The notes under the pieces are model-generated. The model worked only from the letters and a program-made list of their open reading frames with translations, ran no database searches and was not told where the DNA came from. Positions 26,364 through 38,773 of a stretch of DNA of 64,000 nucleotides are shown here, piece after piece. How positions within the stretch are numbered: position 1 is the first letter of the stretch; each line of letters starts with the position of its first letter. The translations under genes and the position numbers were made by a program. The stretch comes from Lytechinus pictus (lineage: Eukaryota), in the NCBI RefSeq assembly GCF_037042905.1, contig NC_087252.1:10728001-10792000 (forward strand). The letters run 5' to 3'.

Positions 26364-28589
26364 TTAGATACCTATCAAGTTCATGATTACATTACATTAA
26401 GTGCACAGGTGACCAGTCACGCCAAAACCAACCAAAATTCACAAGGGAAGATCCTGTGTAAATGGCCAAAAAAGTTATTTGTTATTCAGAAAATAAAAAA
26501 ATGTTAAAATTAACTTATTTGAAAGATTAATTCTTCCTACAGCCAAAATTTAAAGTGTTCAAGTTCAGCAAAACACGAGATAAAATTGTCTGACAACTTT
26601 TTTTTCAGACTACTTCGAAATTTAAATGAGATTTGTGGTGTGCACATCTCATGCTTCAGAGAACCCCAAACTTCAAATCTTAATTTTCTCCTTATTATAT
26701 GAAACTCTCAAGGAATTTCTTCTCCATTCAATCAAGTAATTATGTGGGCTATTGTAGATTGATTATGAAAAGTTATAATTTTCAAGCTTGGGATGTGCTT
26801 TTTGATAAAAAGAAACAACTTACATTCAGCTTTTGCGACTTATTGGTAGTTGTGAGGTGGCCGTTCACATAGCATGTCAAGTTGTCAAGTCGGAAAATTA
26901 AAAATTTTCAGCTCGAGATTCGGGCTTGCATCAAATGTTTACTTAAATATTTATCTAGTCATGATTACAATAAGTGCCTGCAATGTCCAGTTTCAAATGG
27001 GAAAATAAGAAAAAGAACACATAACCAAACAAATCAAATGAAACTGATTCTAGACTTTATTTCTCGAAAATAGTTTGTACAAAATACACACAAAACACAA
27101 GCAAATTTACATTGTATATAATATCACAGTAGGTGATGTACACACAATCAAATTAGAATGTATAATATGAATCATTCAAATGATTTTTGTTCACTTATCA
27201 AGAAATATAGCATTTAAGAAATATTCTACAATCACTTCTAATATACAAATATATTTTATTTTTATGATATAAAAATACCTAATAGAAATACAATGATTGT
27301 TCATTGAAAGACTCATTTTACATGACACATTTAATGAAGTAAAATGAAAAAAAAAATCTGATAGATATGATCGAAATGTAAAATCATAATGTCAGAATTT
27401 TAATCCAAGACACAATTTACATCATTTGATCTATAGTAGAAAATATTGTAAAATCAAGGTTATACTGAAATAATGTTCAAATGAAGGCTATGAAATACGA
27501 TTTTCAAGGTGTTTTTAATATCTTAAATGAATGGAATTTAGCATAAAGATATATAGTTTTGTTCTGCACATTGGAATGTAACAAGTCACATCATAGATCA
27601 TTGTAATTTCTGTCGTGATAAACGTTTTTTGAAGGTTTTCTTTTTCTGTGATTAGACTGAGCAGAGTCCAATTTTGTAATGGATCATCATGAACATACAT
27701 ATTACGATTCTAAACATTCCAAATTCAAATTAAAAATTGACAATACAATAACTCTCAACTCTCCTAAATCTCAGCTTTATGGGATTTATGTGTATTATCT
27801 GATGCAGATAACTGACCGAACTGGTATAAATTCTTCCTCATCGAATAGCGATTGAAATAGATGATGCCGGGCAATTTTATTCCTTCATCAACATAGATGT
27901 TGCTTTTATTCCTTCCATTATACATTTATGACCATAAATTTATAATGACCAATATTTTTTCTATGCTAAGTGAAATATCACACATTACTTTACTGATGTA
28001 CATGTACAATGAAAAGAAAACACACTCAAGATAATAATGGACGGTCAAAATAAGGAAATACTTCAAAACTGTAGAATGTAGGACGGAACAAATTTCGAAA
28101 TACTTTGTACATAGTTTAAATAAATATCTTTGCATATTGATTAGGTAAAATATCAAAAGGCACAGGATAGTTATACAATTAATGACTTTATGTTTTAATT
28201 GAACAATGTGACAATACTATAAAGACAGTTGTCATTTATTTCAGAAATATAATCCTACAAATTTATTTAATACATGATGTAAAACAGGAAAATTTTGATG
28301 ATAAAGTACAATACTTCAACCTTTTGTATTAAATATCATTAAAAAATCAACAATTCATGCTTCATAATCAACAATAATTATCAATATCAATTTTATTCTG
28401 AGTATTGCAAGAAAATAAAGATGAAAAGCACACAGCAATATTTACAATTCAGTATAAAAATCAACTACTATGATATTTTCTACAACAAAGTATATTCTTA
28501 AAATGATATATCTAATAAATTAAATATACAATTTTAGCCAATGCCGTGGACTCCCTCGAAACAAAATGCACAAGAGTCAGATAGCAGAT

Positions 28590-29135
28590 TTCTACTTGAT
28601 CTTTTATTGTTCTGCATTGAGTCTGTAATTGTTGCTGCTTCTCTTCAAAGTAGCTTGCTGTATACATCATCCCTTGTAGAGTGAATGGAATGGCCTATGT
28701 AATACACCACTCTACTGCAATGTGACTGTTCCATTATTTGAAATAGAGGGGTTTTACTTTTTCTTGACCTCTTTTCGTCTGTAATTCGGGCTGCTTGCTA
28801 TATGCACATATCGGTATAACCCCTTGTAGAGTGAATAGATTAGTCTGTGTAATAAATGACTCTGGAAAGTTGGCTGTTCCATTATCTGAAATAGGGGGAG
28901 TTTACTTATTGACCTATTTGCATCTGAGATGAGTCTGTAATTGTTGTTGCCTCCTTTCAAGTAGTTTGCTGCTTGTGTATATCACCCCTTGTAGAGCGAT
29001 TAGAATGACCTACGTAATACATGACTCTATAGCGATTTGGCAGTTCCATTATTTGAAATAGGGGAGTTTTTACTTTTTCTTGACCTCTTTTCGTCTGAGT
29101 TGAGTTTGTAATTGTTGCTGCCTCTCCTCGAGCAG
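28590..29135. repeat. ~150-165-bp tandem repeat (~3.5 copies) overlapping the stop codon of the coiled-coil gene
   Basis: TTACTTTTTCTTGACCTCTTTTCGTCTG, CCCTTGTAGAG and TTCCATTATTTGAAATAG recur in units starting at ~28590, 28754, 28902, 29070. Confidence 0.85.
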
Positions 29136-30771
29136 CTTGCTGTATGAGTCGATCTTCTTAGAGAGAGCATCTCGTATGAGTTTGATGTCGGTCAGATTGT
29201 TCTGGGCGTCGCTCAGAAGTTTTGTTGTGCTTTTCATCAGCTTCTCCTGTGAAAAGAAAAATGATTTCTCAATTTATGGAATGATAACATATCAACAGCA
29301 ATGGAGAATGCTAGCAATGAGAGATAACTGTAATATTCAGTATTGGACATCAGTATTTCTTGGCCCCTATCTCCGTTTTGAAATCATACCATTAACATAC
29401 TGAACCATTGGAAGATTTGTTTCTTATTTTCATTCAACTGTGGGGGGGGGGGGAGATGATGAAATTGTCTTTCATGACATTCCATTAATATCTATAGTTG
29501 CTTTCATTTGATATAATTGGAAGGTCTGTAATTGTATATATTATTGGGACTTTTAAATTTACATTTTCTTCTGGTTTTTCCTTCTCCTCTTCAGCAAGCG
29601 TCTTCTGAGAATGCAGTTCTTCACAGATAGTGCTGATCGCGTCTTGGGTCTTGACGTACTCTGTGCTGAGCTCCGCAAACGTTGCGTTGAGTTTGTCAAG
29701 CTTGTCCGTCAGGGAGTTGACCTCATCCTTAAAGAAAAATGAAAATATTTTTATTATATTATGATGATAGTAATTATCATCATATTTCCATGACTTCATT
29801 CTCACTTCTTGGTGTTCACTACATACAGTATTCTCAACTTTTCTTTAATAGACATGTGCGTAAATCAGTAGTTGGAAGGATTTATGTTATGTAGCCTTCA
29901 GAATTGGAAAAAAAAATATTGAAAAGTTGGCATGTCTGCAGATACATATACATAGTTGTAGGAACTGCTTCCTATTCATGGCACAGAAAATAAATGTCAA
30001 TATAATGAGGATTTAGGTTTCACCATGTAAGGCGAAAAAAAATCATTGGGTAATCTTTCTGATAATAGTTCCTAGAGGAACTGGTGATCTTGACGTAAAC
30101 TGCTCTATGTCAGGAGTGAGATCATTTATTTGAAGAACTATAATCCAAAAGACTACTAAACAGTCATTTTCAGGACAACCTTACGTCATTTGATTTCAAC
30201 ACACCATGCAAACCTTCAAAGCTCAAGCAAATGTTGACTTACCATCAAGAACTGTTTCTGCAGGTTCTTATCCTGGGCTTTGCTTGCAGCGAGTTTGATG
30301 CGACCTCCGGCTGATTCCTTGGCAGAGGCCCCCCTGGGCCACGCTCTGCCAGAGGGCTGTACCGCTCAGCTCATCAGGAAGCTGGTCAACTGTTCCTTTC
30401 ATACCCTTCATCTGAATAAAATAATAAAAATGAAAACAATACATTGAAGGTACTTAAAATGAGCACATTTCAACTTGATTACAAGCAAAAGGTGCTCATG
30501 TACTACCCCAGTCAAGGTAGGCTACCAGTTTCAGTGCGCACAGCTTTTCGAGTAATTACTTTCTGCCAGTACCCATTTTCTTCACCTGGGGTCCGGAGCA
30601 CCATTGTGTAAAGGAATTCTTTGCTGAAGGAAATTAACACTATGGCTGGCATTTGAACCCATTACCCACTAATTGCAAGGTATGTTTCAGAACCACTAGA
30701 TCACAATGTTTTCAATAAAAAGAAATTGGTATATATTCCATCTGATATACAAAATGGTGGGGATATATCTG

Positions 30772-31044
30772 GGCCCCATCTTACAAAGAGTTGCGATTGA
30801 TCCGATCAACCACAACTATGGACGACCAGCCACAGCAACATCAGAAAGACATGTTCAAAACATTTTCTAGATATGATATACAATATGTATGCATACATTC
30901 ATCACTCTTTTGCAAATTCAGTGTGATTCTTTGTTTATTAGAGAGATTGTGCAAATTTGTTATAGAAAAAAATAAGGTATGGATGGATTTTTCCATACAA
31001 TTGAGATTGTTTGGATCAATCGCAACTCTTTGTCAGATGGGGCC
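30772..31044. mobile_element. Intronic MITE, PIF/Harbinger-like (3-bp CTG TSD)
   Basis: CTG|GGCCCCATCTTACAAAGAGTTGCGATTGATCC ... GGATCAATCGCAACTCTTTGTCAGATGGGGCC|CTG. Confidence 0.88.
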
Positions 31045-31377
31045 CTGAATGAAATGTTTTTATAATGTAAAAGACAGATACTCACAGCAGGATGTGACTT
31101 GGTTGTTGCTGCCGTTCCGGTCAGCTTGGAAAGACGTCTGTCGACGTCATCACTGCTTCCATGTTGCCGTGACAACACCATCTTGTCTTCCACAGCTCCG
31201 AGGAAGTTCCTCATCTTATCGTTCAGACTGAAATTGCTGAGGGTGCTCATCCTAGAGTGAAACATAAAGGGGAAAAATAATTGTATTTTGGTCCAACATT
31301 CTTGAGACATTCAAATCTGACACAGCCTTTGGTGTGCCTAAGAGGGAAATAACATTTGTCTCCTGTGATGACTTATG

Positions 31378-31600
31378 GTTCATCATCTTCATCATTATCG
31401 TCACCGCCACCATCTTCATCATAATAATCTTTGTCATCATCATCTTCATCACTGTCGTCATTATGTAATTGTCATCATCATCATCATAATTATCACCACC
31501 ACCACCAACATCATCGAATTCATCATCATCATCATCAACATCATGATCATCACCATCATCATCACTATCATGATCACCAACACCTTCATCATCACCATCA
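31378..31600. repeat. Degenerate (CAT)n microsatellite
   Basis: Runs of catcatcat/caccaccac; explains the His-rich and Met-rich spurious ORFs here. Confidence 0.92.
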
Positions 31601-32595
31601 AATTGTTGTTGAAGTGAACCCCGTCCTCATCACTACCGTGTAAGAGCTTGACATCAAGGAGCCGCTCCACCGAATCCTCCTTCTCTGTCTCCAGCTGTTC
31701 TCCTCCAAATATGGCATGGATGTGGGCCTGGGATTGGGCGGGGTCAAGGGGAGGCTCTTCCAGGGTACTGATGCCCTCCCCGTCTCGGTCGGAGGTGGTG
31801 TCCCGCGGCGAGTTCTTGCTTCGGTAGCGGGCGAAGAAGAGATCGTTGCAGACGACAGAGAGAGCAAGATGGAACTCGCGTAGGAAATCAACGTTGGTGT
31901 CATATTACAAATAATACAGAACATGGTCCACGTATATAGAGAAACTTCAGAAACCATCACAAAACTTAACACCTACACATACAAAATTTATCAGAGTTAT
32001 CCTTGAGTGGAAACCAATACAGAATGACTGAAAGGGATAGATAATTGGATCTGATAAGTAGAAGTTCTCATATAGTTTTGGTATATCATATATATCAGTA
32101 CTAGATTCATTATAAACGTTGATCTGATAGCCATATTCTAAACTTTTTATTTCTTTAAACAGCAGCATTATTGTTTGTCTGTTTTCATGATTTGACAGAT
32201 ATTACCTGTGGTTTTAATTATGCTTACACTGTTTCCTTTTTTGTAAATTTTGTATGTAGTGTTATCAATGATGGTACAGCATTTGACACCATGCGCTGTT
32301 GGGTCTTAAAGAATGACTCTAATGGAGTGCTGCAAGAAACCTGCTATCAATTGCAAGTCACTTCTGGGTCCCTAAATCAATCATACATCTTGAAATTGAT
32401 TGCAAATTTCTACTCAACTGCGGGTCTACTTTTTGACACAAGAAATTTCAATTGATTACAAATATTTGCTTGCAGTACCCCCCAAGTTATACTCTACTCT
32501 TTGTCAAATGCAACCATTATGGTAATAAATCAAAGATATCAACTGACCTGCTTTAATATGGGCGGGAGCGTGGATGATGTCCAAAATGAACTCGC

Positions 32596-33221
32596 CAGTG
32601 GCGTAGCTAGGATTTTTAGCACATGCGCCATACTGCGCCCCTCGTTTTGTGTACTCTTCAAGCTACTGCCGCAAAGAATTATGCTCACAGTGGCGTACAG
32701 ACAGCAAAAAAAAAGGAATTGAAATAGAGAAGAGTGAAATATATTATTTTCTGGATATTATGTAAAATTCTATCACAAAATTGGATTGTTGTATTAATAT
32801 ATGTCAACAATTTGGGCTCGCTCGCATTTTTTTTTAAAGAAAAAAATTGACCGATACGCAATATCTGACCCTCTCAAAATCGTCGCCTCCTTACACCATT
32901 ATGCCTGTTCATACCAGGATATGACAGGGAAATTTTTGGCTCTTGCCCCCCCCCCCCCTGGCCACCGACCCCTGGGGGTGTTTCATCAACATTTTCATCC
33001 GACACGTTGTCAGATCTGACATCTTTCTCTGATGTTGATTGGCTGAGAGGTACTGTTACTATGGTAACTGTCGGATAAAATGGTACTTATCGGATAAAAC
33101 GTCCGACAAGTCCTTTCATGAAACGCCCCCCTGTTACGCCGCTGAATACCATGATATGACCGGGAAATGTTTGGCTCTTGCCCCCCCCCCCCCCTGGCCA
33201 CCGACCCATGTTACACCGCTG
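32596..33221. mobile_element. Composite of CAGTGGCGTA-ended element remnants with a nested MITE
   Basis: CAGTGGCGTAGC at 32596, CAGTGGCGTAC at ~32687; TTACGCCGCTG at ~33134-33144 and TTACACCGCTG at ~33211-33221. Confidence 0.55.
32975..33130. mobile_element. Small Harbinger-like MITE (CTG TSD)
   Basis: CTG|GGGGTGTTTCAT ... ATGAAACGCCCCC|CTG with internal TCCGAC/GTCGGA motifs. Confidence 0.75.
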
Positions 33222-34638
33222 CTTAAAAATACCTAGCCACTAAATGGATTGCATTGACATCATCAAGTTTAACCAATTCAAATGCAAAACCTTTTGATTC
33301 CGAAATGGTCCCTTCCCTCTACGTCATAGACTAAGTAAATGAGAACTAGATGAATTTGTTGACTCCCCATGATATAATGGAAATTTGCTAGGAAATTCCT
33401 CATTTTATCACCTTTCCCTACTCAGTCTACTCTCCATTGTCTGGTTATCTCACTGGATCGATGATAATCTCATTTCTGCATGATGATTATTGTTATCCAT
33501 TTACATGATATATATTATCTTGTTTTGAGATCTTACATCCTAACCACTATTAGCATGGAAATTACCAGGTTTTCAAAATAGACATGGTTAATCTATGCAA
33601 TAATTAAATTATTACTTTCCTTTCCCATACAATTGGTATGTAGGACCTATGTGAGAAATGATAAATGCATTTATTTACTGTAATGTTGTTTCTCCATATC
33701 TCCCCAACTTTCTCTTTCAACCCCTTCTTTCTCATTTTTTTAATGAATTTAATCGAATCGAAGGGAATTCATAACATTTTCAGAGTCATTGTTGCTATTA
33801 CCCAGTGTTCCAGTTTCGAACAAGTTAATATACTTAATGGGGGCGCTGGGACTTTATAAGTGGCAGGAATGAACTTCACTCAGAATTGAACGTACTGACA
33901 GTAACTAGCGAGTGAAGCTCGAGAAGTGATTAGATGGCGTGATTGATGCAGTCAAACATTAATGTCTATATATTAAGAGACGGACGGCAGATCTGTCAAA
34001 GAGTTACGATTGATCAAATCAACTACAACTATGAAAAAACCAGGAGCGGCAAAATGTAAAATACATGTGTGTGTGTATCAATAAAAAGTTAAGAATTTGA
34101 ATAAGTCCTGGACATTGTGAAAAAAACCCGACATGGGGATAATTTTTTTCAAATATATTATTTGGTTTGGGTCTCATCAATCAACATAAATTATTTGTTT
34201 TTGTCACACTTGAGTGAGCACTGTCCTACATTTTTGTAAAGCTTGCAGAATTCGGTTTGCGTAGAAATGCTCATTTTCACGCTATGTCATAGAAAAAAAA
34301 GCGAAATCAAACTGACCGCGCGGAACATTTCTCCTGCATTTTAGCCAATTGAAATATAACAGATACATTTAAACATTTTGTAACAAGTTTGCCACCCAAA
34401 TCAACACTTTAGCCATAGGTAAGCACAACCTTTCGATTTTGTGTGTGCCAGCTGGATCTGAGGACGGAACAGAATGCAAACAGAAGTTTATTTCAGACAT
34501 CCTCAAGAATTATTTCACTACAAATATTCTCATTTAAAGTGAGTTTACATTCATATTTCATTTGATACTTGTTTCTCCACATTTTCCAAAGCTTGACAAT
34601 GATAAACAAAACAAAAATCAAGTCTAAGGCCAGGCTGC

Positions 34639-35147
34639 TTCGGGTTCCCTGAAGAAGATAGGGCCTACCCTATTTTGAAAAAAAAATGATGCATTCATAT
34701 TCAACTTGACAGCCATTCCAATTTCTTTTTATTATATCTACTCGACTATGAGGAGAAAACAATATTTATTAAAGAACGAGGTTCACTCATGCATGAGATG
34801 TGCACACTGTCCGTTTTCAACGCTATTTTGGGTGATATATATACACATAAATACATTTGATAAAAATGTAATTCCTTATTTTTATTTTTAAGAAAAAAAA
34901 TATAAGTTTACATAAATTCTTTACGTATTCACATTGTCTTATTGCAACAAAATAAAGACAACACTGTCCTGGCTAACTTGTGCCCCGTAAGAATAATAAT
35001 CTAGAAAGAATATAATTTTTATTGAACAATTAAATGAGAGGTTCAAGGAGGAAACAAGGTTTGAATTCTAAAGGTTCACCTAAGCATACTACACAATCTC
35101 AGTAAAACTTTTTTTCACAACTTGCAATTTTGACAGTATTAAGCATA
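34639..35147 (+). repeat. ~510-bp segment directly repeated at 38774-39299
   Basis: Colinear match from TTCGGGTT(C/T)CTGAAGAAGATAGGGCCTACCCTAT to GACAGTATTAAGCATA. Confidence 0.9.
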
Positions 35148-35534
35148 TTAAAGATACTGTACACGTAGGGGGAGAAAGTATACAAATGTGATAAATTATA
35201 CATGTACAACAGCTTTGGCAACGATTTTATTGAAATAAAAGAAAACGGTCGATAATTAACACAGTTCTGTTTATTTGAAATAAGGCTTTAATTCCAATAA
35301 TTTCATACAGTTAAGAGGTTTTACGGGATAGCTCTTAAACTTTGATACTCGACACTCCGTTTTGTTGACGATCAACCATGCAGAATTTTTTTTTTAACTT
35401 TGCGACAGCTTCGGTGGGAAACCGGTGAAAACACATATGTTTCATGAAATTATGAATTATTATTTTATGATGTGAATTACACTCGCCATTTGGCTTTAGA
35501 AGAATGTAAAATGAGAGCATTTCTGAAAATTCAT

Positions 35535-35700
35535 TCACAGGTGGGTACTTGCAGCAAGTTTAAGACGTATTTCAAATAACCTGTTTTGTCACCGCAGATG
35601 TTCTACTTCATTAACAACTCGACGTGGAGTTCAACCTTCATTCCTCCTTCTTCTAGGCATATATGCCGCATGAGTAGGATTTACTTTGCTGTTCCCTACA
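35535..35700 (-). pseudogene. Orphan diverged copy of the 3' part of the death-domain exon 54661-54978 plus adjacent intron
   Basis: CAAATAACCTGTTTTGTCACCG..AGATG..ACTTCAT.AACAACTCG..TGGAGTTCAACC..CTCCTTCTTCTAGGC..AGTAGGATTT matches 54653-54760, with small indels. Confidence 0.8.
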
Positions 35701-35746
35701 TGTGGGATCTTCATGAAATTTTCGGTTTCTGACTTCTTATTTTGAC

Positions 35747-36261
35747 GGTTACACTTCGTTATTCCGAAGGTTCGTAATTCTGAAACACGTAAATTGCCTA
35801 TACCTCCATGTTCTTTAATCCGAAAACGTAAAAGGGTTCGTTAATCCAAACATTTGTGGCGTTATTCCGAAGGTTCGTTATTCCAAAGATTCGATAATCC
35901 GAAAACAAAATAAGGTTTGATGTTCCGAAGGTTCGTTAATTCGAAAACGAAATAAGGTTCGTTGTTCCGAAAGTTCGTTAATCCGAAAACGAAATAAGGT
36001 TCGTTGTTCCGAAGGTTCGTTAGTCCGAAAACGAAATAAGGTTCGCTAATCATTTCGTTTCGGATTAACGAACCTTCGGAATTACGAACCTCACTTCGTT
36101 TTCGGAATAACGAACCCTCGGAATTACGAACCTCACTTTGTTTTCGGACTAATGAACCTTCGGAACTACGAACCTTCGGAATAACGAACCTTCGGAATAA
36201 CAAACCTTCGGAATATCCGAACCTTCGGAATAACGAAGCTTCGGAATTATGAATGTATGCC
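35747..36261. mobile_element. Palindromic minisatellite-containing MITE, GG...CC ends, 8-bp TSD (Merlin- or Mutator-like)
   Basis: TSD ATTTTGAC at 35739-35746 and 36262-36269; left arm (TTCCGAAGGTTCGT)n, right arm (ACGAACCTTCGGAA)n, symmetry centre ~36050. Confidence 0.85.
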
Positions 36262-36634
36262 ATTTTGACAGTCTGTAGTGTTCTCAAAAGACCATGGCTT
36301 GGTCAGTTTATAAAGTGAAGTATGATTTGATAAAATGTGGGTCGGACTTAGAAAAATATTGATAATTTTATGGAATTGCCCATGTATTGAACTTGAAATA
36401 TTATTTCGTACAAAAATCAAGCATAAGCCATTTCAAGTGAATCACAGTTCTGTGTAAAGTAGATATCATCATAGTTATCTTGAAAATGTATTGTGCTTCC
36501 TGTTGTTAACAAAGGTCGTCGTGCCAATTTTCTGATGAATTTATTTTTGACATTGATGGATTTCGATAATTTTGAGGTTAATTGGATCAATCGTAACTCT
36601 TTGCAAGACAGCGCCAAACGTTTCATGGCTCATT

Positions 36635-38054
36635 CAGGGTGACCACACGTCCCGTATTTCCCGGGATCGTCCCGTATTTTGCTCCTTTGTCACGGCGTCC
36701 CGACAAACCTTTCCCGGGACGCCTATTTGTCCCGTATTTCAGAATATTGATCAAAATGTAGTTCATACTTTTAAAAGTGACGAATTGTCATTAAATAACC
36801 AACAGATGACGGAGCAGAGACAACAATAAAATCGATAACTGTAAAATTTTGCAAGTTCTGCGGTGATTTTCTTGCTAACCCAATATATTGCAAACGAACT
36901 GGCCTCCTGCCTGTGCGTGCCAGGCCTGGCATGATCGGAGCAGATTCTCAATAGTGCAAACAATCTCACATGATAAACAGTTTTCCACCAAAATAATCAC
37001 AAAATCGGCGGGAAATTGTTATAATTATATTATGGATTCTCAGATTGGTGATTTGGAGATGTAATCAGAAGAACAAGTTATTGAGTTTTCATAACTAGAT
37101 ATAGTTGTTTCAGCTTCGTTTTGAGTCTTGGTGTGTATGATGCCGCGATGTTTCATCTAATTTTTAAGTTTGACAATGTTTCACTTTCAAATTTTATTCA
37201 TTTCTAAAATATTTTAGTTTTTTAAAATTTCAAAAATATATTTAGAAAACAAAACACCAAATATCATGATTTTTGTTAGATGATTGGACTTGCTTGAAGT
37301 TTGAACTTTTTTCCACTTTCTTTCTTTTCTAACCTTCTTTCTTCATCCTTCTATCCTTCCTACTTGCCTTTTTTGTTCCATCTATCTTCATTTCCTACCT
37401 TTCTTTCCTCCTTTCTCTTATTTTACTTTTTTAAAATTCAATTTCCTTTTTTTTTCATTCTTTCTTTCCTTAAACTTTTCTTTGCTTTTTTCTTCCTTCC
37501 TCCCTTTTTTGTTCTTTCTCTCCTTCCATTATTTTATTCTTTCATTCTTTTTTTCCCTTCTAGTTCTTCCCCCTTATTCTTTCTTTCTTTTCCTTCCGTC
37601 CTTTCTTTCTTCCTTCCTTCTTTCAGTCCTTCCTGTTTTTCTTCTTTCATTCTTAGTTTTTTTCCTTCTAATTCTTTCCCCTAATTCTTTCTTTCCTCCT
37701 TTTTTCTTTTCTCTCCTTTACTTTGTCTTTTACACATTTGTTAATCTTCCCTCTCTTTCTTATTCTTTCTTTCTATATTCCTTTCAAAGTAACTATGACG
37801 AAACATTTTATTCTCTCTCTCTTCTTTTCATCCTTCTTTTATTCTAATTTTCTTTTATTTTTTCCCCTTCATTTTTTTTCTTCTCAATTCATCTCTTTTC
37901 TTTCCGCATCTTTTCTTTCTCTCCTTCATTCTTTCATTCACCCTCCCTTCCAAATCTTTATATATTTTTTTCAGAAAGTCTAATACTGTGTAGCCTTCTT
38001 TGTTGATCTTTTTCAATCGTCCCGTATTTCATTTTGTGAAATCTGGTCACCCTG
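36635..38054. mobile_element. Non-autonomous hAT element (CAGGGTGACCA TIR, 8-bp TSD GGCTCATT) carrying a CT-rich tract
   Basis: GGCTCATT|CAGGGTGACCA ... TGGTCACCCTG|GGCTCATT; subterminal GTCCCG repeats; polypyrimidine low-complexity tract at 37300-37970. Confidence 0.92.
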
Positions 38055-38773
38055 GGCTCATTGTCAGTGGCGTAAAAAAATTTCGAGTGCTAAATATGAC
38101 GTATCGGGTACAATTTATTTAAAAAAAGAAAATAAATCATAAAAAATCGAAGCGAGCAAGCAAAATTTTCGACATTTTCATTCAAGATATACAAGTTTGT
38201 GATAGCCATACATATTCAAAACACGAGATGTTCTGCATAATATGAAAAACTTACATTTGTGACCAAATCTTTTATGACATGACCTTTAACCCTGACGTTT
38301 AATAAATACCATGTGATCCATATATTGACATTTTACTTTTCATTACCTTCAATTTATACCAAACATGGTTCGTTGAGTTCGTTAAATAGAAAAATCATAA
38401 TTTAATAAGAGGAACGTAAAATGGCAGGTGTGGCCAGTGGCGTATAAGGGGGGGGGGGGGGCACGTGACCCCCAATCGGCTGCCAAGATGAGGGGGGGGG
38501 GGAGAAAGAAAGAGGAAGGTAATGTGTTTTATATTGCATAATATAATAAGACATAAGAAAAGTTTTTATTTATAACTTTATGAAACATAATCACTCCCTG
38601 TGCTCGCATTGTCTATTTAATGAACTAAATAATACTGTTTAATGAGATTTTCATTTGCTTTAATTTAATATAGAACATGATATGTTTCATTCTGTAAAAT
38701 GGCAAAATTCTAATCAGAGGAATGTGAAAAAAATAACCGTGGTCTATGACCCCAATAAAAAAAGCCAGACTCT

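Larger units (their letters stand above)
29070..31885 (-). pseudogene. Multi-exon coiled-coil protein gene (3' exons loosely resemble the CCDC22/DUF812 coiled coil); frameshifted, possibly a pseudogene
   Basis: GT-AG exons 31086-31251, 30243-30411, 29563-29727 and 29070-29246 (stop TAA), plus a GC-rich exon-like block at ~31600-31885. Heptad-like DEVNSLTDKLDKLNATFAELSTEY...EKLMKSTTKLLSDAQNNLTDIKLI. Exon 30243-30411 is 169 nt (+1). Confidence 0.6.

Noticed and set aside
31252..31670. Poly-His and poly-Met ORFs
   Set aside because: Frames of a (CAT)n microsatellite
35755..36250. Short repeats and ORF 35862..36287 (141 aa)
   Set aside because: Translation of the TTCCGAAGGTTCG minisatellite of a TSD-flanked MITE
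37301..37983. Phe/Ser/Leu-rich 'membrane protein' ORFs
   Set aside because: Polypyrimidine low-complexity tract inside a hAT element
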